64,000 nucleotides of DNA from Pseudobdellovibrionaceae bacterium (GTDB lineage Bacteria; Bdellovibrionota; FAC87; UBA2466; JACKAF01). The notes under the pieces were generated by a model. It saw nothing but the letters and a program-made list of their open reading frames with translations. It was not told the DNA's origin and did not search any database. The stretch is from NCBI GenBank assembly GCA_020635235.1, contig JACKAF010000003.1, forward strand, positions 268,051 to 332,050, in the 5' to 3' direction. The stretch's first letter is position 1, and each line of letters opens with the position of its first letter. The position numbers and the translations under genes are program-made. Shown in pieces: positions 8,389 to 17,053 of this stretch.

Positions 8389-9339
8389 CTACTCTGGGAT
8401 AGGAAAGGTGACGGAGGGGGACGCTGTGGCTTGCGGTGGCGTGGGGTTTAGCTTTTCCCCGTTTAGAACGCGCTCGTAGTAACGGATGTATTTCTCTGCC
8501 ATTTGCGTGTAGGTGAAGTTTTCCAGTACCCACTCTCGGCAGGTGACGCTGGAGAAGTGGTCGACGCTGGAAAGTGCAGTATGGAAGTCGCGCATGGAGT
8601 CACATAGGGTCCCGACTTCCGGAACAATGAGCTCAGGCAACGATCCAAGCCGCCGCGCTATCACAGGGGTGCCGCTCACCAGGGATTCGGTAACGGCAAT
8701 TCCAAAGGGTTCGTGCCAAATGACAGGGAAAAGCAGGGCCTTTGCTCCTGCGATGAGCTCGGCCTTTTTTTCTCCGCCCACCATTCCGGCCCAATGGACG
8801 CCGCGCCAGCGCTTAAAGATCCATCTTTTTCCGCCGAGGATTTTCAAAGGTACACGCGCTTTGCGCGCTATCTTGATGGCGCCCTTCACGTTTTTTACGT
8901 TCCAAGAGGCTTTGCCCAAAAAAATCGCATATTCGCTTTTTTTTCGGTGGTACGTGTACTCATCGGGATCGAGTCCGTTGTGAACGAAGCACAACGAGTT
9001 GTGGCGTCGGGCGTGGTCCTGACTGACGAAGATCGTGTTGGGGAGAAATCGCTCACCGAGTTGACCGTTGCCTCCGATGGTTACGACGTAGGGTTTTTCG
9101 GGAAGAACTGCCGGGGGCGCAAAATAGTGGTGAATATCCACACTTCGTACAGTGCGTTCAATTCTTCTTTCTTCATAAGGGACGACAGGACCATAGGGGT
9201 TTTGGCTCTTCGGGTGGCCGACTAGAGTGACGTCGTGACCAGCCTCGTGAAGGCCTTTGGCAAGCCACCACACGACCCGTTCAGTGCCTCCGTACGTTCT
9301 TACAGGAAAGCGGGCATTATGAATCAGCGCGATACGCAC
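8389..9339 (-). CDS. glycosyltransferase, GT4/GT-B family
   Basis: It has MRIALIHNARFPVRTYGGTERVVWWLAKGLHEAGHDV and a C-terminal EPFGIAVTESLVSGTPVI (E-x7-E-type region). Confidence 0.8.
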   Translation of the reverse strand: MRIALIHNARFPVRTYGGTERVVWWLAKGLHEAGHDVTLVGHPKSQNPYGPVVPYEERRIERTVRSVDIHHYFAPPAVLPEKPYVVTIGGNGQLGERFLPNTIFVSQDHARRHNSLCFVHNGLDPDEYTYHRKKSEYAIFLGKASWNVKNVKGAIKIARKARVPLKILGGKRWIFKRWRGVHWAGMVGGEKKAELIAGAKALLFPVIWHEPFGIAVTESLVSGTPVIARRLGSLPELIVPEVGTLCDSMRDFHTALSSVDHFSSVTCREWVLENFTYTQMAEKYIRYYERVLNGEKLNPTPPQATASPSVTFPIPE

Positions 9340-9386
9340 GCACCAATCCTCTCCTTAAACGTGGCTAACGGCAAGCCAGGGCGGGC

Positions 9387-10544
9387 TTAGATTTTGAAGA
9401 TTACGGTAGCACCAAACAAGAAGAAGTGGTTGGTGATGTACTTGTCGGACAGCGGCTCGTCGACACTTCGTTGACCTGTTGTGAACTTGTAGCGGAGGTG
9501 CGGGCCCACGGAAATTTCCGGGAACATTTCGATCGTTGTCGCGAGCTCCAGCCCGCCCATCCAGAAACGCCCCTTAAAGAGCGAGTACCCTATCTCCGCG
9601 TCGGCGCGGAGTCGGAAGATGCCAAAAGGCGTGCTGTAGTGGCCCGTGAGGACGACGCCTTTGAGGTTTCCGTAGGCCTCGTTGTCCAAAGGTCGGCCCT
9701 CAAAACCCTTTAGGACTGAGATCATCATACGCATACCCACTTCGAAGTTGGTTTGCGCGGGCAGCTTTTTGACTTCGTATTTTTGGGTCCAGTCGGCTTC
9801 CACGTAGGGAGGAAAGTATTGAACGGTCGGTGAAGTGATTTGTTTACCCGCCAGTCGTCTTTTATAGAATATGGAAATATCCGTATAAAAGAAGGTGGTG
9901 GAATCGGAGGAGGCAGTAAGAATGTTCGACGTCGTCTCAAGGCGGTAGCCAACGGTATCTTTGTCGCCAATGGCAATCTGAGTGTCTAGTTGGAGAACTG
10001 GGAAAAAGAGTTTTTGAAAATCTCCGGCGCGTATGACTGCCGCGTAGACCGATCCGGTGGGGATAATTCCGATTTTGACCACATTTTCGTCGAATTCCTT
10101 TGCGCCGGCGCCCTCCACGCCTTGCGTGAGAAAACTGGCCCAAGGAGATGCGAATATTTCTGTTCCGTTTCTAATAAGTAGCAGCCGATAAAAATGTTTC
10201 TGATCGGGTAGGAGTTGTTCGGTAGCATTGAACTTGCCATCCCAATGGAGTAGCGGCGGCATTCTTCCTTCAAATGCCATTCGGTAGGTAAGCTTGCGTT
10301 TAGGATCATTGATTTCAAGTGCCCACGCTTCGTAGTCTTTGAGCACTTCGGGTATGTTGTATTTGAAGACCACGTTTTCGGGCGGCTCACTTGGGGAGAC
10401 ATTTAGTGTCGTTGTGGGCTCGCCGGTTTCTGTAATCATGAAAATCTGGAGCGCGCTCACTTCTTGAACAGAAGGGGCCTCCGCATGCACGTACGCGGGT
10501 AGTAAAAGTAGACACAATGAAACGATGTAGCCGAAAGTTTTCAC
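9387..10544 (-). CDS. exported hypothetical protein, C-terminal half beta-barrel-like
   Basis: It has a signal peptide (MKTFGYIVSLCLLLLPAYVHA) from a GTG start. The C-terminal part has alternating hydrophobic pattern and ends FGATVIFKI. I recognise no family. Confidence 0.6.
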   Translation of the reverse strand: MKTFGYIVSLCLLLLPAYVHAEAPSVQEVSALQIFMITETGEPTTTLNVSPSEPPENVVFKYNIPEVLKDYEAWALEINDPKRKLTYRMAFEGRMPPLLHWDGKFNATEQLLPDQKHFYRLLLIRNGTEIFASPWASFLTQGVEGAGAKEFDENVVKIGIIPTGSVYAAVIRAGDFQKLFFPVLQLDTQIAIGDKDTVGYRLETTSNILTASSDSTTFFYTDISIFYKRRLAGKQITSPTVQYFPPYVEADWTQKYEVKKLPAQTNFEVGMRMMISVLKGFEGRPLDNEAYGNLKGVVLTGHYSTPFGIFRLRADAEIGYSLFKGRFWMGGLELATTIEMFPEISVGPHLRYKFTTGQRSVDEPLSDKYITNHFFLFGATVIFKI

Positions 10545-10628
10545 GCGAATAATGAGGCCGAGCCTGTATTATTCTACGATCTTAGAAGCTCTCGGTCAAA
10601 ATACCTTCTGTGTCTTGGACGCGTTGGG

Positions 10629-11216
10629 TTAGTTATTCTTTTCTCGTCGGGCGACCGCTCTAAACAGATATTCGTCGGCCTCGTGGTACCACTCGCCCAT
10701 ATAGTCTTTCACCAGCTTTTTTAGGACTGGGTGGCTGGCGTTGGCGCGATGCACCGGGGTGCCCGTGAGCTGTAGCTTGTGTAGGATTTCCTCTCTAAGC
10801 CCCCTGAGAAAATTGGCGGCCCCGCGGGGATCGCGCTGCCGTAGTGCATTGAATTTGCCTTCGAGACCTTTGGCCAGCTTGGGTTGAGTCCGCTCCGAAA
10901 CCCGAAGCACAAAGTCTAGGTAGGCAGGGTATTCGTCAAGGACATCGCTATCGTCCCGATAGTGAGGAAGATCGGGAAACGAAAAGGAATTCGGAAGGCG
11001 CGCCGGCCCAGCCATTTTTACGTTAACGTCCATGGCTGCCGTTTTAGATTCAGCTTCGTCTTGCGCTACGGCGATGAGCAGCACAGCAGCGACGCCAACA
11101 ACAAGCACACGCACAAGAGAATGCGCCAGCGCCGGTCTACCTAGGAAAACCGGCTGCGATTTCCAAACTTTTCTTTGTGTATCCGCTGCGCGCTCCAACA
11201 TATTCACCAAAATCAT
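10629..11216 (-). CDS. membrane-anchored hypothetical protein
   Basis: The ATG is preceded by GGAGGAGG. It has a single TM helix (LVRVLVVGVAAVLLIAVA). I recognise no domain. Confidence 0.6.
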   Translation of the reverse strand: MILVNMLERAADTQRKVWKSQPVFLGRPALAHSLVRVLVVGVAAVLLIAVAQDEAESKTAAMDVNVKMAGPARLPNSFSFPDLPHYRDDSDVLDEYPAYLDFVLRVSERTQPKLAKGLEGKFNALRQRDPRGAANFLRGLREEILHKLQLTGTPVHRANASHPVLKKLVKDYMGEWYHEADEYLFRAVARREKNN

Positions 11217-11511
11217 GTCGCCTCCTCCAACGTCTGGCTGCCAAGCTCAGACCGCGAAAATCCGAACGTCTTTCGCGTATTCAGCTAGTTCAAGTCTTGT
11301 GCCAGCCGGGCGGTGCGCAAGCCTTGGACGGTAAGAGCCGAAAGCGACGAGAATTGTCAGTTCGAGAGACAAATTTGCGTACTAAGTCGCCGAGAGGGAG
11401 GGGGGGACTTCGCACGAATTGCACGGAATTCACCTGGAACACCTTTTGCTTTGCACAACGACGGTGTGGCACCGAATTGGTTTGCTGCAGGTTTTTGGAG
11501 GAGCGTAGGCA

Positions 11512-12324
11512 ATGCGGAATGTATCGGGAAAGAAGTTACTGGTAGCGTCCTTGGTGGCGATGAGTTTGGCTTACATGGGTTGCGCCCGTCGTAAGGCCCC
11601 ACTGGCACCTCAGTTGAATATCGGCCCAATGCCTTTGCCGCCGATTACCCGTCCCAACCCTGCCCAAAGAATCGAAAAAACCAAGTATTTGATGGTGAAG
11701 CGCCAGGAACAGCTGCTTGAAGAGGAAGATATCTTAAGCGTTCCCATGATGGTGGATCGCGAGTTCACGGCGGAAGAACGGGAACCGAATGCGGAACCTC
11801 AGGCCGAGGCCGCGTTAAATGCTGAATCCGTTACGATTGAACCTTACCGTACGTTTATTGAGATTCAGCGGTACGAAATAGAAAACAACGGTGAAGATCC
11901 CCAAGCCCAGCCCATCTCCAACGTGAAGTTGGAAGTGAAGTTTCCGCAGGATCCAGCGGACAAAGAAGCGCCTCGCTTGGAGATGGAGCTTCCTGGGAAT
12001 GGACAATATTGGCCCATCGGAAACGGCCAGGTTCAGGAAATTAAGCGTACTTTGGAGTTGCCCTGGAAGTACATCGCCAAAGACGGTTTCACGTTTGAGA
12101 TCCAGATGGTGCGCAAGGGGAGCTGGATGAAGCCTTGCGTGTTTGAAGTAACGCAGCTTTCTGAATTCAACCGCGCGTATGTCTGCCGAACGGATTTGGA
12201 CTGGCAGAAGAAGCGCGGCGTTCCTGAAGAGCGTCTTGATAAAGAAGGCGTTCAGATTCGAGTTTTTACTGATAAGAATACCCCCAAGAAGCAGATTCCG
12301 ACCGACGCGATCGCTATTCGTTAG
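11512..12324 (+). CDS. hypothetical lipoprotein
   Basis: The ATG is preceded by GGAGGAG. It has a signal peptide with a lipobox-like AYMGC. I recognise no family. Confidence 0.65.
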   Translation: MRNVSGKKLLVASLVAMSLAYMGCARRKAPLAPQLNIGPMPLPPITRPNPAQRIEKTKYLMVKRQEQLLEEEDILSVPMMVDREFTAEEREPNAEPQAEAALNAESVTIEPYRTFIEIQRYEIENNGEDPQAQPISNVKLEVKFPQDPADKEAPRLEMELPGNGQYWPIGNGQVQEIKRTLELPWKYIAKDGFTFEIQMVRKGSWMKPCVFEVTQLSEFNRAYVCRTDLDWQKKRGVPEERLDKEGVQIRVFTDKNTPKKQIPTDAIAIR

Positions 12325-13021
12325 TGGAGGCTTTGGGATCGGCGTAAGAGAATTCCCGGCGGGGAAGAGAGGTGCGCAGCACCTGCCCGTCGGCGGCACG
12401 CACCACGATTTTTTTGGGGCTGTTGGCGCGGTTTCCCATCGGCGCGCGATCGACAACGTCGAGTACGTAGGAGAGCTCGGCGCGTTTCGTGGTGGTCGTT
12501 GCGTATAGGATTGGCTCATTTTTCCGCAGGCTACTCGCTTCTACGTGGTAGCGAACTGGGAGTAAGCTCGCCGCGGATTGCGGGCGAATCGTGTTCAACT
12601 GAGAAAAATCCGAAGGCTTGAGCGGTCGGTAATTATTGATTACCCGAACCAGATTCATGTAGCGATCCATTTGAATGCTTAGGTCCAGGCCAACAACAGG
12701 AAAACCATTTTCATATACGGAATAGCGAACGGTGGTGCGAATGGGTGCCTGCATGACTTGTGGCCGCAGCTCATGGTAGTCCCGCAGCTTCAAAATCTCT
12801 TTGTTTTTCTTCAAAAAATCTTGCGCGACCTCAAGTGGTGTGACGCCTACTGGGCGTACCCACTCCTCTACGTTGGTTTCGGCCGAAATCGGGATTTGCA
12901 CCGCCGTGGACGCGACATCACGTCGCGCTCGAATCTCCGTAATGTGATTTTCCCCCTGCGAGAGGTAGTACATCAACGCCAGAGTACTCAAGCTAAGGAC
13001 TATGTAGCGGTAGGGCTTCAC
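12314..13021 (-). CDS. exported FTP/PepSY-like protein (stand-alone thermolysin-propeptide-like)
   Basis: It has an N-terminal hydrophobic anchor. AQDFLKKNKEILKL...VRYSVYENGFPVVGLDLSIQMD resembles the fungalysin/thermolysin propeptide motif. ELSYVLDVV...KKIVVRAADGQVLRT resembles PepSY. Its GTG start shares one nucleotide with the protease stop (TAGTG). Confidence 0.55.
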   Translation of the reverse strand: MKPYRYIVLSLSTLALMYYLSQGENHITEIRARRDVASTAVQIPISAETNVEEWVRPVGVTPLEVAQDFLKKNKEILKLRDYHELRPQVMQAPIRTTVRYSVYENGFPVVGLDLSIQMDRYMNLVRVINNYRPLKPSDFSQLNTIRPQSAASLLPVRYHVEASSLRKNEPILYATTTTKRAELSYVLDVVDRAPMGNRANSPKKIVVRAADGQVLRTSLPRREFSYADPKASTNE

Positions 13022-14580
13022 TATTTCAGAACCCCCGGCTGCACCACAGGATCGGCGTTGTCTGCAAAGACCTGGAAGAAGTACTTCATTCCCACGCCGG
13101 AGGAACGCTGGTCAATGATACCGGAAACCGAGTAATCCAAAGCCGGAAGGCCCTGGCTGATGCCGACAATAATCGACTGCCCGGGTGAGATATCACCCAA
13201 ACCTTGCATGTAGCGGTCAGTAATCCAATTCGGATCTTGAGAGCTTGCAGCCACGCGGACATTGCGAGCTACCTGATTACTGTTATTGCGAATAACGAAT
13301 TGAAAGGCCACGATAACGTTAGGGCCGATGGGTACCACCTGAGGTTCCACGGATCCATTGTTGTCTACAAAGGTCAGTCCGAAGGGGACGTGTTGGACCT
13401 GAAGCGGTTGGCCCAGCCGCGGTGGGTTGGGATCAAAACCACGTGCGATGAAGGCCTGCTCGATGGATCGCTGGTGTAGGCCGCAGTAAAGTTCTTTGTC
13501 CGCTTGTACGAGCGAGCTGTAAAACTCTCTCATGGAAGTATCCTGGCTCAACATGCCCACGGCGCTATAAACCAAGCGATCAGAAAAAATTGCGCCCAAC
13601 TCTGAGCTTTCAAGCGCGATTTGCTGGCGCACTTCCCAAAGGACGCGTGTGCAGCCCTCGGCGACAGTGTAGCGCTCCGGACTCGAATAGGCCTTGCCGT
13701 CGTTGATAGCAACAGTCGAGAAATCAAAAGGATCCTGCGGATCGTCCACGGCCGACCGCAACGGTTCTCCCTGAGGGATGTCAGAAAAATTTCGTGCGAT
13801 CCAGCGGCCAATGAAATCTTTGTTTCCAAACGACTCTGCCAGGTAGTCTGCAAGGCATTCGTGCAAAGCCGAGCCTTCGGTGAAAATCGCACCGTAATCG
13901 CCAGCGAGGTCAAAACCGACTTGGAAGCTAGCGCTTTCGTTAATGCCGTGACCCGTCTCGTGCGAATACATGTCAAAATCGACGGAAGGCGCAAACTCCG
14001 ATTCGCCGATCAGTCGAATAATCCGTGGCTCGCTGGGTTTCAGGTAGTTGTGTTCGTAAAACGCGTTGATTTCTCCGTCGTAGTATTCAGGAGATCGCAC
14101 AAGCACGTAGAGCGGACGAGTTTTTACCATCGGGAAGCCGAGTGCATCGACGTAGTTGATGACTGAGCTGGTGGAGTAGTAGGCCATCATCTCCGAATAT
14201 TCGATCGTGTCCACGTCTCGCTCAAAATCGCCTCCAAAGTTGGTGGCGTTTTCGCCGATGTCTGTGCGGCGAACCTTGATGAAATTGTTCTGGAGGTAGT
14301 TGGTGGCCGAGAGGCCCGTCAGGTTGTACAGGCTGGTGAAACTCAAAAGGCCTGGGCTACTCGAAAAAGCGTTCAGAGAATTTGTGACGTCCAAGGGATT
14401 GGGGACGATAAGGCTTGCCTGAGGACCGGAGGCGAATTGCGCGGTCTCGCGCAAGGATTGGAGTTGCGCGAAGTTCAGGGCAGGGCCCGAACATTCGTCC
14501 AATTGAACCGTGCAGCCGGTGAGTGCGACGGTCAGTCCGAGCGCCCCTGAAAGAGCGCGATGTTTCCAGTGCCTGATCAT
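13021..14580 (-). CDS. thermolysin-like (gluzincin, M4/M36-like) zinc metalloprotease, lipoprotein
   Basis: It has the HETGH zinc motif followed by FTEGSALHECLADYLAESFG (third-ligand Glu region). The ATG at 14580 gives MIRHWKHRALSGALGLTVALTGC, a lipoprotein signal. The ORF is open to a TTG at 14622. The C-terminal ~130 aa look like a beta-sandwich. Confidence 0.8.
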   Translation of the reverse strand: MIRHWKHRALSGALGLTVALTGCTVQLDECSGPALNFAQLQSLRETAQFASGPQASLIVPNPLDVTNSLNAFSSSPGLLSFTSLYNLTGLSATNYLQNNFIKVRRTDIGENATNFGGDFERDVDTIEYSEMMAYYSTSSVINYVDALGFPMVKTRPLYVLVRSPEYYDGEINAFYEHNYLKPSEPRIIRLIGESEFAPSVDFDMYSHETGHGINESASFQVGFDLAGDYGAIFTEGSALHECLADYLAESFGNKDFIGRWIARNFSDIPQGEPLRSAVDDPQDPFDFSTVAINDGKAYSSPERYTVAEGCTRVLWEVRQQIALESSELGAIFSDRLVYSAVGMLSQDTSMREFYSSLVQADKELYCGLHQRSIEQAFIARGFDPNPPRLGQPLQVQHVPFGLTFVDNNGSVEPQVVPIGPNVIVAFQFVIRNNSNQVARNVRVAASSQDPNWITDRYMQGLGDISPGQSIIVGISQGLPALDYSVSGIIDQRSSGVGMKYFFQVFADNADPVVQPGVLK

Positions 14581-14807
14581 TGATGCCGTATAAAAAGCTC
14601 TTCTCTTCCTTATGGAGTGCAAGGGTGGTGCCGTGTTTAAGAAAGCAAAAGGAAGGCTAAGTATCTGAAACTATATAAAAAGTGCTGATGTTCCCAGCGT
14701 CCAAAGCGTAGACGCTTGGTCTACTCTGGTGGCACCCCCCCACCGCGCTTAGGGTTTCTCCATGAGATCAGTGGCTTAGAGTGTCTAGTGGGCTGGACAG
14801 TGGCGTG

Positions 14808-14847
14808 AAAAAAAAATGGGCAAGATCCAGGGGGCTGGACCTTGCCC
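14808..14847 (-). terminator. intrinsic terminator of the P/Q-rich protein gene
   Basis: The stem pairs gggcaagatccag with ctggaccttgccc (12 of 13 pairs) around a GGGG loop. On the minus strand it is followed by a U9 tract (A9 at 14808-14816 on plus). Confidence 0.8.
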
Positions 14848-14950
14848 ATGGGCTTGGCTTTTGACGTTGCGGCGACCGTTGTGGGAGGCAACTGCCGCCG
14901 CTGAGCTTTAACCCGCCAGCACGCGCCAGCGGGTATTGATGGCGAAACTC

Positions 14951-16624
14951 TTAGCCCTCCGGATCCGGCAGAGGCGGAAGCTTCTGCGTTTCCGGACCCG
15001 ACGTGCTGGGAGTGCCTGGCACTTGGTTTCCAGGCTGTCCAGGACGCTCAGGTGGATTTTGGTTTTGCTGCTGTTGGTACAGCTGCTTCTGAGCGTCGTC
15101 GGGTGAAATGAAAGGCCCTTGTCCCTGAGACTGCGGCTGTGTTTGCGGCTGCGTCTGAGGCTGTGTCTGCGTCTGAGGTTGCGCCGGGTACGGATTGCCC
15201 TGCGTTCCTGGGTTCGTACCAGGAGGGAAAACCTGTCCGGGTAGGCCTTGCGGGCTTACGGGACTGCGGCCGGGCGCGTACGGACCCGTGTAAGGAATCT
15301 GTCCAGGTTGGCCGGGCTGTACACCGGGTTGTCCTTGCGGGTAACCAGGTTGGCCGGGCTGTACGCCGGGTTGCCCCTGCGGGACGACCTGGCCCTGTCC
15401 GGGGCTCGTGAATTCCTGATACTGGCCGTTTTCAAAGTTGTTCGGTGTATTGCCACCGAAATCTGGACGTAGGCGGCTTTGCGGGATTTCAGTTCCGGTG
15501 TATTCGCCGCGGTACCAAGGATCTTCCTGGTACTTCGGCGCCAAACGATCGCGTTCGATCGTTACCTGATCCGTGTAGGCCGGAATTTGGAAACCAGCCG
15601 CTTGGTATTGCCAACGTTCCTGGTTGTACTCGTACTGAACGTGGCCATCGCCGTGATCGAGTGGCGAGACACGAGGGTAGCGGCCGTTGTAATCCGGAAA
15701 TACCGGGTAAACGATCGGCTTGATACCGGTGTTCAATCGGAACTGGATGGGCGCGTAGCGATCCGCAAAGCATTTGCCGACGATACCGAATCCGAAACCT
15801 TTGAAGTGCTGAATGGCATCCACCAAGTAGCGCGTTTGGTTTAGGTAGTACTGAATGGCGCCCAAGCGATAGAACAAGCGCTTTTGGTAAACGTTGTCTG
15901 GGTACGCGTACGGGTGTCCATTCGCGTAAAAGAGTGAATACACTGCTTCGTCGAGTACCGAGGCGATCGCGTAGGAGTTGGCCAAACTTTGTTCTACGAC
16001 AAAGTGGAAGAGCTGGCGGAACTCGGCCGGATTGGGGCGCGGACCCACGGGGTTACGCGTCCAATTGAGATAATCGACTGAGTACCACTTCTTGAGATCG
16101 CTGGACGAAGCCGCGAGTTCGTTAAAGCGCCGGACGATTTCGGCCTTGATGTATTCCGGATGGCGAGGGCTTAGGATGAGGCCGGCCGGAGTTTTCCAAA
16201 GGCCATCGAAGAAGGGCTTGGCGAGGTAGCTGGTGGCCGGAGGGCCGAACCAGGCGCGCCGTTCAACGATGTAAGGAATGGGGCCGTGGACCCAGGCCCC
16301 AGACCACATGACTCGATCGACAGGAACAATAGCGGCACCGCGCGGCGGGAGAGCGTTGGGCGGAATGGAGACCCAACCGCCTTGAGGCAACACCGCAACG
16401 CGATCTTTAACGACGATCCAACGGCCTGGACCCGCTGGTAGTTGAAACAACTGCGGGTTTTCACGGACCAGAAGTTTTACTTCTGCGTTTAGAGCCGCGG
16501 CGTTTTGTTCTAGATGGTAAAGCAGGCTGTGGTGAGTCCAGTCAGACCCTTTGGCTGCCGTTCCCCCGAAGAACAGCGGCACCAAGACTGCAAAAAATGT
16601 AAAAAGACGGTTCTGCACACGCAT
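14951..16624 (-). CDS. secreted protein of unknown function with a P/Q/G-rich low-complexity C-terminal tail
   Basis: The ATG at 16624 is preceded by GGAGG at 8 nt and starts MRVQNRLFTFFAVLVPLFFGGTAAKG, a signal peptide. The longer ORF start at 16750 would lie inside the promoter -10. The tail reads QGQPGVQPGQPGYPQGQPGVQPGQPG...PQTQTQPQTQPQTQPQSQ. Confidence 0.75.
   Translation of the reverse strand: MRVQNRLFTFFAVLVPLFFGGTAAKGSDWTHHSLLYHLEQNAAALNAEVKLLVRENPQLFQLPAGPGRWIVVKDRVAVLPQGGWVSIPPNALPPRGAAIVPVDRVMWSGAWVHGPIPYIVERRAWFGPPATSYLAKPFFDGLWKTPAGLILSPRHPEYIKAEIVRRFNELAASSSDLKKWYSVDYLNWTRNPVGPRPNPAEFRQLFHFVVEQSLANSYAIASVLDEAVYSLFYANGHPYAYPDNVYQKRLFYRLGAIQYYLNQTRYLVDAIQHFKGFGFGIVGKCFADRYAPIQFRLNTGIKPIVYPVFPDYNGRYPRVSPLDHGDGHVQYEYNQERWQYQAAGFQIPAYTDQVTIERDRLAPKYQEDPWYRGEYTGTEIPQSRLRPDFGGNTPNNFENGQYQEFTSPGQGQVVPQGQPGVQPGQPGYPQGQPGVQPGQPGQIPYTGPYAPGRSPVSPQGLPGQVFPPGTNPGTQGNPYPAQPQTQTQPQTQPQTQPQSQGQGPFISPDDAQKQLYQQQQNQNPPERPGQPGNQVPGTPSTSGPETQKLPPLPDPEG
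15125..15181 (-). repeat. short tandem coding repeat, (P/T/S)Q dipeptide units with 12-nt PQTQ periodicity
   Basis: On the minus strand the DNA reads cct cag acg cag aca cag cct cag acg cag ccg caa aca cag ccg cag tct cag. Confidence 0.8.
15303..15386 (-). repeat. two tandem copies of a 42-nt coding repeat (QGQPGVQPGQPGYP)
   Basis: The copies at 15303-15344 and 15345-15386 are near-identical (ccaggttggccgggctgtacRccgggttg...). Confidence 0.85.
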
Positions 16625-16750
16625 ACCGATACCTCCCGAAAAGCAAAAAGGTAAAAAGCCAAAAACAGGCCCAACAAAATTCTTAAGGTTCGTTTTTAAT
16701 TCTGGTAAACGAGAAGGATAAACCCACGTAGTCGTATAACGAGCTTGCAC

Positions 16751-16779
16751 AATATATGAAATCTATTGCAGCTTGTCAA
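16751..16779 (-). promoter_or_regulatory. sigma70-type promoter: TTGACA-N17-TATATT (minus strand)
   Basis: The reverse complement reads tttttaTTGACAagctgcaatagatttcaTATATTg, about 120 nt upstream of the ATG at 16624. Confidence 0.65.
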
Positions 16780-16808
16780 TAAAAATTTTTAATAATTTTA
16801 GGTATTTA

Positions 16809-16827
16809 GGTGACAATTTTTGTCACC
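16809..16827. promoter_or_regulatory. perfect palindrome GGTGACAA-ttt-TTGTCACC, candidate operator/activator site
   Basis: Read directly from the sequence. It lies 30 nt upstream of the -35 of the minus-strand promoter, in a divergent intergenic region. Confidence 0.4.
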
Positions 16828-17053
16828 GCCGGGACGGGGAAGGGGATTTGTGCCTAGAGCAGCATCCCGAGAGCGGAAATTAGGGTAATAACGAAACAGA
16901 TGAGCATCGACTTAAGCAGCAGCTTTTCCACACAGCCTCCACAACCACCACCACGTTCCCGTGGTGACAAGCAAAACAACCAAAAGTATTATATCTAACC
17001 TAACTCGGCGCATCAATTGCTCTTCGGGTTTTTTCGGCTTTTTAGGAAGTGAA

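Noticed and set aside
11815-12519. A 234-aa minus-strand ORF spanning the junction of two convergent genes.
   Set aside because: It is antisense to the well-supported lipoprotein gene (RBS + lipobox) and out of frame with the FTP/PepSY-like gene. Its Pro/Arg/Ser-rich composition is typical of shadow ORFs.
16625-16750. A 42-aa N-terminal extension of the P/Q-rich protein ORF.
   Set aside because: Its start would lie within the -10 element of the TTGACA-N17-TATATT promoter. The internal ATG at 16624 has a GGAGG RBS and begins a clean signal peptide.
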